Assembly (NCBI GenBank): GCA_050294405.1
Contig: JBNKOC010000016.1
Coordinates: 192,001 to 256,000 of the forward strand
Origin: Fibrobacteria bacterium
Lineage (GTDB): Bacteria > Fibrobacterota > Fibrobacteria > UBA11236 > JADFYW01
Reading direction: 5' to 3'
Length of the DNA: 64,000 nt
Part shown: positions 50,839 through 60,635 of the stretch, piece by piece
Layout: each line of letters starts with the position of its first letter
Numbering within the stretch: position 1 is the first letter of the stretch
Notes under the pieces: generated by a model
The model's input: only the letters and a program-made list of their open reading frames with translations
Database searches by the model: none
What the model was told of the DNA's origin: nothing
Program-made: the position numbers and the translations under genes

Positions 50839-52104
50839 TTAGGAGGTTTTTGTTTGTAATAAACTTTCCAAATTGCGTATCCCTCCACGGATGTCATTGC
50901 CAGATGGGCTTTGAAAAACCCTTAGGTCGAATTCCGGAAGGATAGCCAATAAATGGTCGAAAATATCTGCCTGTATACCTTCGTAGTTAACCCAAGCGTT
51001 GTCGTTAGTGAAAACATAAATTTCTAAAGGCAAGCCGTGGGGACCAGGTTCCAACTGGCGGATTAAAAAAGTCATCCCCATATGGATTTTGGGGTTTTGC
51101 CTTAAATAGCTTTCCACATATGCTCGAAAGGTTCCAATGTTTGTAAGCCTTCTTAAATTGGGAGGAATTAAGTCTTCTTTGGCAATACTGTTGTTGCTTA
51201 AATCTATTTCGGGGATTTTCTTTTCCAGATATTTTTTTAAAGGAACAAGTTTTTTGTATTTATCAATGTCCTCCACGGTGCAAAAGCGAATGGTATTCAT
51301 ATCGATATATATGGAACGCTTAATTCGCCTGCCGCCGGATTCGGACATTCCGCGCCAGTTTTTAAATGAATCACTTACAAGGGAATAGGTGGGAATGGTG
51401 GTTATGGTTTTATCCCAATTTTGGACTTTAACCGTAGTGAGGGCCACTTCAATAATATTGCCATCTGCTCCATATTTGGGCATTTCAATCCAGTCGCCAA
51501 TTTTAACCATTTTGTTGGAACTCAACTGAATGCCCGCAACCAAACCCAAAATGGAGTCTTTGAATACTAACAGTAAAATGGCGCTCATTGCCCCTAGTCC
51601 ACTCAAAAATTTCCAGGGGGATTTGTCCATGAGGTTAGTGATAACAAATATGATACCCAGAGAGATAACCAGAATTTTGGCTACCTGCATGTATCCTTTA
51701 ATGGGGCGTCGCTGGCTAATTTCCAGGGTATTGTAGTAATCACTGGTGGCGTTTAAAAAACTGTTCAAGGCGAAAATGGCCATCACAGACATATAAGAAA
51801 GGGAAAACCTTTGAATCCATTCCTGAAACAAAGGCATAGCAGGGGCTAGCATGTAACTGATTATGGCCGGCGTAATATGGGCGGCCCATCCAAAGACCCT
51901 ATGCTGAATAAGAGCATCGTCAAATTCGTTTTTAGAGCGGCTGGCTGCAAATACAAGGGCTTGCAAAAAGATTTTGCGAGTGATGTAATGGCCAGCTATG
52001 CTGAAAATTACGATACCAAGACCTGCTATTACATAGGTTACCAGGCTTGGGTTTTCTAATCCAGGGAAAAGTTGGCTGATGGTTTTCGCTAATGTTTCGT
52101 GCAT
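50839..52104 (-). CDS. MscS-family mechanosensitive channel, YbdG-like
   Basis: LVFKDSILGLVAGIQ, GDWIEMPKYGADG, NWRGMSESGGRRIKRS, FDLRVFQ. Confidence 0.9.
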   Translation of the reverse strand: MHETLAKTISQLFPGLENPSLVTYVIAGLGIVIFSIAGHYITRKIFLQALVFAASRSKNEFDDALIQHRVFGWAAHITPAIISYMLAPAMPLFQEWIQRFSLSYMSVMAIFALNSFLNATSDYYNTLEISQRRPIKGYMQVAKILVISLGIIFVITNLMDKSPWKFLSGLGAMSAILLLVFKDSILGLVAGIQLSSNKMVKIGDWIEMPKYGADGNIIEVALTTVKVQNWDKTITTIPTYSLVSDSFKNWRGMSESGGRRIKRSIYIDMNTIRFCTVEDIDKYKKLVPLKKYLEKKIPEIDLSNNSIAKEDLIPPNLRRLTNIGTFRAYVESYLRQNPKIHMGMTFLIRQLEPGPHGLPLEIYVFTNDNAWVNYEGIQADIFDHLLAILPEFDLRVFQSPSGNDIRGGIRNLESLLQTKTS

Positions 52105-52119
52105 GTTAGCCTAGGTCTC

Positions 52120-53634
52120 CTAGTTGTCGATGGTCAGATTTTGCTCAAACCGTTCAACGTTGGAAGTTCCTCCTTCAATAAAGGATTGCTGAGATATTTG
52201 GGTAAGCACAGCGTTTTCTCTGAATTCGGCTAAAGTATTGGTGCCCACATTTTTCATGGTGGATTTTAGCTTGCTGAGAGTGACTGGTAAAACTTCTTTG
52301 ATGGAACCCATTACCGGAACATAAGCGTCCACACCCTCTTCAAACTGGAGGCCCTGTTCATTTACATCTTCACCGTAGCGCATCCAGTTTTTGGCCCTAT
52401 TGCTGCCTTCTCCCCAATAGGGTTTGTACAGCTTGTCTTTGATTGTGATTTTAGGAGTGGGGCTTTCCAAAGTCATGGCAAAATAGCGGCCCAGCATTAC
52501 AAAATCAGCGCCCATAGCCAAAGCAATAATAATTTGGGTGTCGTTGGACAGACCACCATCGGAACAAACAGGAACATATATCCCGGTTTCTTCAAAATAT
52601 TTGTCTCTTTCTTTCACAACATCCATTAAGGCGCTTGCCTGGCCTCTGCCAATACCCTTTTGCTCTCGGGTGATACATATGGAGCCGCCCCCAATGCCAA
52701 CTTTTACAAAGTCTAAATCTCCTTTTTCCACTAAAAAGCGAAAAGCCTCGCCGGATACCACATTGCCTCCGCCAATGACCACATTGTTGCCATAATGTTT
52801 GCGTATCCAAAGAGCGGCTTCGGATTGAAATTCGGAATAGCCATCTGAGGAATCAAAACAAAGCACATCGGCACCAGCGCTTATTAGGGCGGGGACCCGC
52901 TCTTTAAAATCATGGGTGTTGATGCTTGCAGCCACCACTAGGCGCTTTTGAGCATCTAAAAGTTCATTGGGGTTGTTTTGGTGGTCTACATAATCTTTTG
53001 TGAACACCAATGAGGAGAGGTTTCCATTTTCATCTAAAATGGGAAGGCATTGCTTTTTGTTTTTATGCAAAATAGAGTTGGCTTCTACCAAACTTATTCC
53101 CACATTGCCGAAGATGACTTTTTCCATGGGAGTCATAAAATTAGAAACGGTAGAGTTCAAGTCTTCTTCAAATTCCCAGAAGTCTTTATCCGTAATAATT
53201 CCCAACATTTTACCATTGGGCCCGCCATCTTCAGTGACAGGCATGGTAGAGTGGCCTGTTTTTTTTCGCTGTCTTACGAAATGGAGTAATGTATCTGTGG
53301 GTTTTAAGTTGGAATCGGATTTTACAAAACCGGCTTTGTGCATTTTCACTTTTTCCACCATGGCAGTTTGCTTGGCGATGGGTTGCGAATTAAAAATAAA
53401 AGAGCAACCTCCTTGCCTCGCCAGGGCAATGCCAAGCTCCGAACCTGAAACAGACTGCATGGATGCAGACACTACTGGTATATTAATTTCAAGACGAGAA
53501 CTTTCCCCTTTTTTGAATTTGGCAAGGGGAGTTTTAAGAGAGATGGGTTTATCAATATTGTCTTTTCGGGTAAGACCGGGAATAATCAGATATTCGGAAA
53601 ATGTTCTGGAAATATCCGGTAAAATTTTAGCCAT
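52120..53634 (-). CDS. guaB: IMP dehydrogenase with CBS domains
   Basis: KVGIGGGSICITR, SDGG, MLGRYFA, YWGEGS, FEEGVD. Confidence 0.93.
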   Translation of the reverse strand: MAKILPDISRTFSEYLIIPGLTRKDNIDKPISLKTPLAKFKKGESSRLEINIPVVSASMQSVSGSELGIALARQGGCSFIFNSQPIAKQTAMVEKVKMHKAGFVKSDSNLKPTDTLLHFVRQRKKTGHSTMPVTEDGGPNGKMLGIITDKDFWEFEEDLNSTVSNFMTPMEKVIFGNVGISLVEANSILHKNKKQCLPILDENGNLSSLVFTKDYVDHQNNPNELLDAQKRLVVAASINTHDFKERVPALISAGADVLCFDSSDGYSEFQSEAALWIRKHYGNNVVIGGGNVVSGEAFRFLVEKGDLDFVKVGIGGGSICITREQKGIGRGQASALMDVVKERDKYFEETGIYVPVCSDGGLSNDTQIIIALAMGADFVMLGRYFAMTLESPTPKITIKDKLYKPYWGEGSNRAKNWMRYGEDVNEQGLQFEEGVDAYVPVMGSIKEVLPVTLSKLKSTMKNVGTNTLAEFRENAVLTQISQQSFIEGGTSNVERFEQNLTIDN

Positions 53635-53843
53635 GGGAATAACATTCCTTTGCAAATTGAAATTTAAAGCTGTGGTTTAAAGCGCGCAGGGGAGAGGGAG
53701 TGATTTTATTTGCTTTTAATAATCCCTTCCGGTTCTCGGCCATATCCAAAATTATAATTTTGACTTTTTCCTATCAACCCCAGGGAAAAGAGAAAGACAG
53801 AAAACAGAGGCTCCGGTACGGACCAGCTAAAATAAATAGTGTG

Positions 53844-54233
53844 TTACAAGTGGAAAAAAAACTGAGTTCCCTTATATCCGGCAGCAAAGAGACCAAGGCC
53901 AAGCAATACCTGTGACAGGCTAAAAAATAAAAAGGGAAAAAACCCCCTATCTAAAGTGAGGTAAAGGTCTTTGCTAAAAGTGCTGTAGGTGGTAAAAGAA
54001 CCCAAAAAACCGGCAATAAACAAAAGGGCAAGGGTAGCGGACCAGGGTTCGGGCAATTTTTTGTAAATGAGAACCACTGCGATACCCATCAAAAAAGAGC
54101 CTGCAGAATTTATAATAAATGTGGGAAACTGTTGGGGAGTGTGGCTTAAGCCTTTACTGATAGCATATCTGAGGCAAGCACCGCCGCTGGCTCCCAGAGA
54201 TACAAGCAATATGGTTTTTAATATTTCGGGCAT
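53844..54233 (-). CDS. crcB: Fluoride efflux channel Fluc/CrcB
   Basis: GA..GACLRY, IINSAGSF, GFLGSFTTYSTF. Confidence 0.9.
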   Translation of the reverse strand: MPEILKTILLVSLGASGGACLRYAISKGLSHTPQQFPTFIINSAGSFLMGIAVVLIYKKLPEPWSATLALLFIAGFLGSFTTYSTFSKDLYLTLDRGFFPFLFFSLSQVLLGLGLFAAGYKGTQFFFHL

Positions 54234-54295
54234 GGTTGTTTTTCCATCCTGTGGTTCCTTTCCAAATTAAAAAAATCTTTGAATCTTTATGGGGT

Positions 54296-54460
54296 ATGAA
54301 AAGAAAAGGGAAAAAATCATTGGCTCTTTACGGGTTGATTGCCTGGGGAATTTTTGGCTTTATTGTGGCTATGCAGGGTCGACCTCTGGTATTTCTTGTA
54401 GCTTTGCTGGGAATGGGCCTTTTTGGCTGGTTGCATTTTCGTTGGACTGGCGAGGGCTAA
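54296..54460 (+). CDS. Small two-TM membrane protein (54 aa)
   Basis: ATG at 54296; basic N-terminus then two hydrophobic helices. Confidence 0.5.
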   Translation: MKRKGKKSLALYGLIAWGIFGFIVAMQGRPLVFLVALLGMGLFGWLHFRWTGEG

Positions 54461-54492
54461 TCTTACTGAGTAAAACTAAAGCCCCTTAAAAT

Positions 54493-54608
54493 TTTGTATA
54501 CAAATATTTCCTTGATATTTTTGGGAAATTTTAGAAAATATTTAAAAAATTGCTTATTTTTAAAAAAAAATAAGGGCAATTCTTTTTTGGAAAGCTCTTT
54601 TGTATACA
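54493..54608. promoter_or_regulatory. Pair of TGTATACA palindromic boxes upstream of the TIGR02147 gene
   Basis: TTTGTATACAAA at 54493-54504 and TGTATACA at 54601-54608 (cores 106 bp apart). Confidence 0.65.
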
Positions 54609-54671
54609 CAAAATTAGCCCTTTTTTAAAAATAATAAGCCGAAATGCGCCGCATTGACTATAATAGCCTAA

Positions 54672-55547
54672 ATGGGGCAGGGCTTGGAACTAAATCTTTC
54701 CGCAGTAAAATACTCAATTTTTGAGTTTTCCGATTACAGGGGCTTTTTACGTCATGTGTATGAAGAGGGCAAAAAAGGACAAAAGGGCTTTACCCATCGC
54801 TCTATGGCTGCAGCCCTTGGTTTTTCCAGTCCTAATTTCGTTAAGCTTGTGATGGATGGGGAACGAAACTTAAGCCATAGCGCCACCGAAAAAATTATAA
54901 CTGCTTTTGGCTTTAAAAAAAAGGAAGCGGCTTATTTTAAGTCTTTGGTTTTGTTTGAACAGGCTAAAAGCACGCCTGAGAAAAACTACTACTTTGGCCT
55001 ATTGGCTAATTACCGAAGCTTATCCAATACAGCGGAAATAAGTACCAGCCAATATGAATATTATACAAACTGGTACAACGCCGTGGTGCGTGAGCTGGTA
55101 GTGGGTTTACCGGAAAATCTTGATGTTAAGGAATTGGGAAGGTGTGTACATCCCCACGTTTCCGGGAAGGATGTGAAAAAATCCATTCAATTATTAAAAG
55201 ATTTGAAATTTATTAAACTGGATGAAGAGGGGTTTTATCAGCAGGATTCACCTTTGTTAAAGGCGAATCCCAAAGTTCAAAATTTAAGTATTCGAAATTT
55301 TCATAAAAAAATGGGGGAGTTGGCGTTGAAAGCCTTGGAAGAACTTCCCACGGACAGGCGAAACATTTCTTCTGTGACCGTGAAAATATCTCCTAAAGGT
55401 TATCAAAAATTATCTGAAAGGATAGAGAATTTTCGGGAAGAAATAATGGCTCTGGTTCGGGAGGATAGCGGTGTGAGGGATGTATACCAGCTAAACTTTC
55501 AGATGTTTCCCTTATCTGATTTGGGTGAGCAGGAGCAGAGAAAATGA
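54672..55547 (+). CDS. TIGR02147-family protein (N-terminal HTH, DUF4423-like C-domain)
   Basis: IFEFSDYRGFL..FTHRSMAAALGFSSPNFVKLVMDGERNL, WYNAVVRE, RNIS, VYQLNFQMFP. Confidence 0.85.
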   Translation: MGQGLELNLSAVKYSIFEFSDYRGFLRHVYEEGKKGQKGFTHRSMAAALGFSSPNFVKLVMDGERNLSHSATEKIITAFGFKKKEAAYFKSLVLFEQAKSTPEKNYYFGLLANYRSLSNTAEISTSQYEYYTNWYNAVVRELVVGLPENLDVKELGRCVHPHVSGKDVKKSIQLLKDLKFIKLDEEGFYQQDSPLLKANPKVQNLSIRNFHKKMGELALKALEELPTDRRNISSVTVKISPKGYQKLSERIENFREEIMALVREDSGVRDVYQLNFQMFPLSDLGEQEQRK

Positions 55548-57295
55548 TGCTTTCCGTTTTCCGCAAATCAAAAAAAGGGTTGCGCTTTTTGCTTATCCTT
55601 ATGCTATGGGGTTGCGGGGGCAATGATTTAACCGTTGTGGATGGAGGTTCTGGTACTAATACCGGGAACTCTTTAACCGCAGCCTACCGTTTTGAAAATG
55701 GAGATCCCGCAGCCTATGCCCAGGTAAGTATCCGTCCGAGCGGCTATTTAAAAACCCGACAGGCAGATTCCGGAGTCACCGTTTATGATTTTATTACCAA
55801 CCGCCAGGGTGAGTTTACCATAAATGAAGTGCCGCAAGGGGAGTATAACATTGAGGTGTACGACAACAATGATAGGGCGGTGCTGCAAAATATTGCCATT
55901 GACTCGGACACAACTCAATATGTATTGAATGTGGCCACTCTCACTTCCGTGGGAAAAATCAGTGGAAAAATTAATTTACCCGAAAGTAATGTACAGGTTT
56001 ATGTTCAGTTGGTGGGAACCATCCACAGCGCCCAAGTAGACCAGGCAACCGAAAAATTTGAAATATCTAATGTGCCGCAGGGGAATTACCAGCTTATGGC
56101 TTTTTCCCCGGAAGAAGAAAGTATCAGCGAGACTCAATGGGAAGTTAAAGTGGAACCCAAAGAAGAGTCTGTATTAAACGGAATTAATTTGGAAAACTAT
56201 GAGAACTGGCAACATAGCAAAGTTTTGATTTTAAAAGCCCTGGCAGAATCAAACTTTAATGCCTTGGAAAACTATTATCCCCTTCTACTGCAACTTAACA
56301 GTCGCAACTTTGATTTTTCTGAGGCCAAGGAGGATGGTTCAGATTTTCGAATTCTGGATAGTGAGGGTGTGTTGGCTAAGTATAAAATAGAAAGCTGGGA
56401 TGCAACCAATAGCAGAGCTGCCATATGGTTGCATATAAGCAATATTTCTGCTTTTTCTGTAGGACGAAGTTTTACTCTTTATTGGGGCAACCCATTGGCG
56501 GAAGATAAGTCAGATCCGGAGTCCGTTTTCTCAGAAGAATCTTATCAGGCTGTTTGGCAATTTAGCCAAAGCATGGGAGACAGTATTTCAGACGCTTCCG
56601 CGAGCAATAACAATGGCGCTCTGCAAAATGCCAGCGGCGGTGATGTTAGTATAGATGGATTGGCCGGAAAGGGTTATGAGTTGAACGGAGAAAATCAATA
56701 CATGACCTCTACTCAGGTCCAATGGAATCCCAATGTTTACACCATATCTGTATGGTTTAAAACCGAGACCCAGTCGGGCGGAAGGCTTATAGGTCTTTCT
56801 AACCCCCAAATTATCGGCGGCCTCCACAAAAATGGGGAGAGGCAAATATGGATGTCCAATGATGGCCGTTTGAATTATGGTGTTTTTAACGACAGTTTGA
56901 CTTTGGAAGAGTGGTATTTGCTGGAGCAAGATTCCATCGCTTTTAAAGACAAGGAATTTGACGATACCCACCGTCAAATAATTTCCGGGACTAATGTTGT
57001 AAATGACGGTCAGTGGCATTTGGCCGCTGCAACATTGAGTTCGGAAGGGATGAAATTGTATTTGGATGGGGAGCTGGAAATTTCTGACGGCAGATATACA
57101 TATGGATCCGCACGCGAGGGTTATTGGGTGTTGGGTTCGGGCATATTGGGCGGATGGGACCCTCATCCCCGAAGCATATACTTTGAAGGCATACTTGATG
57201 AGGCCAGGGTAGAATACATAGCCCATTCGGATGCATATATCAAGCTCATGTATATGAATTTGATGACTCCGGAAAATGTGTATACCCTGGAATAG
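55544..57295 (+). CDS. Lipoprotein with two carboxypeptidase-regulatory-like Ig domains, DUF2341 and LamG/ConA-like domain
   Basis: Lipobox LWGC then GGSGTNTGN; DGSDFR..KIESWD..LYWGN (DUF2341-like); ISVWFK, DGQWH, LYLDG, FEGILDE (LamG); ATGA overlap with the upstream gene. Confidence 0.8.
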   Translation: MMLSVFRKSKKGLRFLLILMLWGCGGNDLTVVDGGSGTNTGNSLTAAYRFENGDPAAYAQVSIRPSGYLKTRQADSGVTVYDFITNRQGEFTINEVPQGEYNIEVYDNNDRAVLQNIAIDSDTTQYVLNVATLTSVGKISGKINLPESNVQVYVQLVGTIHSAQVDQATEKFEISNVPQGNYQLMAFSPEEESISETQWEVKVEPKEESVLNGINLENYENWQHSKVLILKALAESNFNALENYYPLLLQLNSRNFDFSEAKEDGSDFRILDSEGVLAKYKIESWDATNSRAAIWLHISNISAFSVGRSFTLYWGNPLAEDKSDPESVFSEESYQAVWQFSQSMGDSISDASASNNNGALQNASGGDVSIDGLAGKGYELNGENQYMTSTQVQWNPNVYTISVWFKTETQSGGRLIGLSNPQIIGGLHKNGERQIWMSNDGRLNYGVFNDSLTLEEWYLLEQDSIAFKDKEFDDTHRQIISGTNVVNDGQWHLAAATLSSEGMKLYLDGELEISDGRYTYGSAREGYWVLGSGILGGWDPHPRSIYFEGILDEARVEYIAHSDAYIKLMYMNLMTPENVYTLE

Positions 57296-57347
57296 TTTCT
57301 GAATATTGTCAATGGCAGTGTTTGAAAGCCTTCCATAATTAAACCAA

Positions 57348-57391
57348 GCGGGCCAAGTTTTATTGTTTTGGTTTAGCCCGCCTTTATTTTT
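57348..57391 (+). terminator. Putative terminator after the TIGR02147-lipoprotein operon
   Basis: GCGGGC...GCCCGC stem followed by CTTTATTTTT. Confidence 0.45.
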
Positions 57392-57434
57392 CTCTTTTGC
57401 GTGTGGGACTTTCTGACCGCTGGACTGGAAAAAA

Positions 57435-57553
57435 TTTGTATACAAAAAATGATATAATTTTTTTTGTTTAAACAGTTCTAAAAAGCTGAAAATTCGAAAA
57501 AATTCCTTTAAAAATACAAAAAAAGCTGATTTTGTTTTTAAAAAATGTATACA
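57435..57553. promoter_or_regulatory. Second pair of TGTATACA boxes upstream of the 57639 operon
   Basis: TTTGTATACAAA at 57435-57446 and TGTATACA at 57546-57553 (cores 109 bp apart); both followed by AAAAA(CA)TGAT. Confidence 0.65.
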
Positions 57554-57638
57554 AAAAACATGATTTTGACTAAAATTTACACTGCGGGTTTTTCAAAAGC
57601 CATATATTTTACAGTATATTGAAAATGGGGGTATCACA

Positions 57639-59444
57639 ATGAACGGACAAAACAAGTATTGGAAAGCTGTTTTTAAAGCAACCGTATTTTCCACCCTGCT
57701 CTTAACTTCCAGCTGGGCGCAACGGGAGGGGGATAGGCAACCCTTGGAAACCGTTAATCCACGGTTTGATCTAGTATCTCTTCGGCCTAATAATTTTACC
57801 CCTAAGGTTAGTGGCATGCGTTGGTTGAGTGAAGACACTTTGTTAATTCTCGACTGGAACGGAGACCACAATCTGGTGCACAACCTTCAGTTTGGTGGAC
57901 GTTTATATAAGATTACCAACCTTGAAAATGAGCAACCTAATATCCAGCTTTTTGCAGAGGGTCTTACAGATCCTCTTGGTCTTGAAGTGGTGGATGGAAA
58001 AATATTTGTATGTGGGGGAGAAACCCTATACGAAGTACTACCGGATGACAATGGAGATGGAAAATCAGAAGGCGTGAGGGTTATTAAAGATTTTAATCAT
58101 CCCACGCATGGACGCCATGAATTTTTCTTCGGTCTGTTATACGAAGCGCCGTATTTTTACGGGGCTCTATCTGCCAGTAAAGAAGGGACTGTTAGTATTG
58201 ATCAAATTAACCCTGGCCGGGGTGCCTTTTATAAAATTCACGAAGAAACCGGCGAAGCAGAAGTTATGTCAGCTGGGTTACGAACTCCAAATGGTTTAAA
58301 CTGGGGCCCAGAAGGGGAAATGTTTAATGCGGATAACCAGGGCGCCTGGCTGCCTTCTTCAAAATTGATGCACATTAAAAAAGACGAATTTAATTTTTAT
58401 GGCCATCGTCAGGAAATTGCGGCTAACAATTGGACTCCTCAAGAAGTGGCCCGTCTGGAAGAGTGGAAATCACACGAAGATACCCCTCCGGCCGTTTGGT
58501 TTCCTCAGGGTTTAATCGGTCTTTCACCAACGGAACCCTTGTTAATTCCTCACGGTATTTTTAAAAATCAAATGTATATCGGCGATGTGGCTTACGGTGG
58601 AATCCAAAGAGTTTATCTGGAAAAAGTAAAAGGAGAATTCCAAGGGGGAGTTGTGCGCAGCATAGGCGGCCTCGAAGCAGGTATCAATCGAATGATTTGG
58701 GGACCGGATAGTGCTCTATACATCGGAGGAACGGGCGAAGGAGATCAGAATAATTGGGGTTGGCGAGGTTTTAAAACAGCCTTTCAAAAACTGGTTCCTA
58801 CCAATGAGGAAACATTTGAGATAAAAGCAGTTTATTCCAAGCCCAATGGTATGACCATTGAATTCACGCATCCTGTGAATAATGCAGCTAATAATGCCTC
58901 CAGTTACGTAGCTCAGGCCTGGACTTTTGCGCCAAATGAACAATACGGTGGTGGAAATAAAGTCGGAACCTACAACTTGCAAATCAATAATGTCAGTGTT
59001 AGTGACGACAGAAAACTTGTGTATTTAGAAATTGGTAATTTCCGCTTGAACCACTGCGTATACATCAGAGTCAATGGGGTTAACTCTGGGGATGGAAAAC
59101 AGCTGTGGAGCACAGAAACTTGGTACACTTTAAATGCGCTGGGAGAGGGTGAACCATTTGAAGTGGACAATGGCATTGAAGAAGAAGTTTCTGTAAAAGG
59201 GGAAAGGGTTTCCCAGAATTTCAATATCCGCTCTGTTGTGGGAGGCTGGGAAATGCAGTTTGATTCTCAACAAGAAAAGGCTGAAGTTTCCTTATTCCAT
59301 CTAAATGGAGAAAAAATTAAGGAATACAGTTTCAATGCAGCCAGCCAAACTCAAGTTTTGGCTCCTGAATTGCAAAAAGGCGTATACTTTCTAAAAGTAA
59401 AGACTGACGTGGGTACTTTTAGCCAAGCAGTGAGAAAGCTTTAA
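57639..59444 (+). CDS. Secreted beta-propeller protein (glucose/sorbosone dehydrogenase-like) with Ig-like domain and T9SS-like C-terminal domain
   Basis: FAEGLTDPLGL, DDNGDG, GLRTPNG, DNQGAWLPSSKL, WGPD; CTD ..LNGEKI..KGVYFLKV. Confidence 0.7.
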   Translation: MNGQNKYWKAVFKATVFSTLLLTSSWAQREGDRQPLETVNPRFDLVSLRPNNFTPKVSGMRWLSEDTLLILDWNGDHNLVHNLQFGGRLYKITNLENEQPNIQLFAEGLTDPLGLEVVDGKIFVCGGETLYEVLPDDNGDGKSEGVRVIKDFNHPTHGRHEFFFGLLYEAPYFYGALSASKEGTVSIDQINPGRGAFYKIHEETGEAEVMSAGLRTPNGLNWGPEGEMFNADNQGAWLPSSKLMHIKKDEFNFYGHRQEIAANNWTPQEVARLEEWKSHEDTPPAVWFPQGLIGLSPTEPLLIPHGIFKNQMYIGDVAYGGIQRVYLEKVKGEFQGGVVRSIGGLEAGINRMIWGPDSALYIGGTGEGDQNNWGWRGFKTAFQKLVPTNEETFEIKAVYSKPNGMTIEFTHPVNNAANNASSYVAQAWTFAPNEQYGGGNKVGTYNLQINNVSVSDDRKLVYLEIGNFRLNHCVYIRVNGVNSGDGKQLWSTETWYTLNALGEGEPFEVDNGIEEEVSVKGERVSQNFNIRSVVGGWEMQFDSQQEKAEVSLFHLNGEKIKEYSFNAASQTQVLAPELQKGVYFLKVKTDVGTFSQAVRKL

Positions 59445-59457
59445 TTAAATAAGTGAA

Positions 59458-60615
59458 ATGGGGAGTTTTATAATGTTTAGATACATATTATCATCAATTT
59501 TATTGTCCGGATTTTTTGTGGCAGGTTTTGGGCAAGAAGCTAACCAACTTTCCGAGTTGGAAGAAATGGCTGGGTATGATCTACTTTGGAATGGCCAGGA
59601 TTTTGATGGTTGGCATGGATATCGATTAAACCGTGTGACGAGTGTTTGGGAAATAAAGTCAGATGGAAATTTAGGCCCAAGAATAGAGACCGTAGCTGGT
59701 GGGGAAAAAATTCCTATTTTAACAGATACCCAATACAAAAATTTTGATTTTAAGGCGGAAGTCGCCTCTATATATCCGGATGGAAATAGCGGTATTTTTT
59801 TAAGATACAGGGAAGAGGCCATTGAATACTGGGAAAAAAGATCAGGTCCAGAAGTTCAAATTTGCGCCGATCAAAATTCTGATTGTAAAAACGCCATTCA
59901 CTCATTCGGCGCATGCTATGAAATGTTTCCTGTAACAGAGAATTTAAGAACAAGCTGGTATAACCCTCCTGGGGAATGGAACCAGCTGAGAGTTATTGTT
60001 TATGACAGCAATTACGTTCATTATGGAAATGGGAAAAAGTTATTGGAATATAAAATTGGAACTCAAGAATTCCAGAGAGCCTATGATGCCAGTAAATATT
60101 CCACAGATGGAAATAATGGGAATTATTACGATATTCATGAAGGAAGTATTCTGTTACAACATCATAGTGAAGTGGGTATGACTTTTAGAAATTTAAAAGC
60201 TAAAACATTAGAGATCCATCCCTTTTTGCAAGAGTTTCCAGATGGTCAGTGGCCTGATGAATTACCGCAGGACTACGTATTTGGAAAAAGAGGATGCACC
60301 AATCCCGAGGCTATTAATTACGATGAAACTGCTGTAGTCGATGATTCTACTTGTGAAACGGAAGTATCTATCCATGATCCCAATTCCTGGAAAAATTTGG
60401 AAGTAGTTCAATGGAAATCTGGTTCAAATGAATATATGTTTGAATTGAATTTCGCACATAAAAAGGTTGCAGCATACCATGTTGATGGAAGAGAGATAAA
60501 ACTCTCTAAAAATGGTCAAATATATTTATTAAATTTGGATGGCAATAATCTTGGTTTGGTAATCCTTAGGGTTACGGTTACCAACACTGAAATTATAAAG
60601 CCTATTAAATTTTAA
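59458..60615 (+). CDS. DUF1080 (3-keto-disaccharide hydrolase-like) secreted protein with C-terminal domain
   Basis: LWNGQDFDGW, GNSGIF, EVQI, PGEWN, GSILLQHH, FRNLK; GCTNPEAINYD..A.VDD.TC module. Confidence 0.8.
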   Translation: MGSFIMFRYILSSILLSGFFVAGFGQEANQLSELEEMAGYDLLWNGQDFDGWHGYRLNRVTSVWEIKSDGNLGPRIETVAGGEKIPILTDTQYKNFDFKAEVASIYPDGNSGIFLRYREEAIEYWEKRSGPEVQICADQNSDCKNAIHSFGACYEMFPVTENLRTSWYNPPGEWNQLRVIVYDSNYVHYGNGKKLLEYKIGTQEFQRAYDASKYSTDGNNGNYYDIHEGSILLQHHSEVGMTFRNLKAKTLEIHPFLQEFPDGQWPDELPQDYVFGKRGCTNPEAINYDETAVVDDSTCETEVSIHDPNSWKNLEVVQWKSGSNEYMFELNFAHKKVAAYHVDGREIKLSKNGQIYLLNLDGNNLGLVILRVTVTNTEIIKPIKF

Positions 60616-60635
60616 TTTAAATCTGGGAAACACAT

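Noticed and set aside
53000..53680. 226-aa plus-strand ORF
   Set aside because: Antisense to guaB; no independent evidence
53635..53843. Possible purine riboswitch upstream of guaB
   Set aside because: No three-way-junction consensus recognised
54234..54295. Possible fluoride riboswitch upstream of crcB
   Set aside because: No GGCGATGG...CTGATG-type consensus visible and the region is short
56588..57445. 285-aa minus-strand ORF
   Set aside because: Antisense shadow of the well-supported DUF2341/LamG lipoprotein; no recognisable motifs
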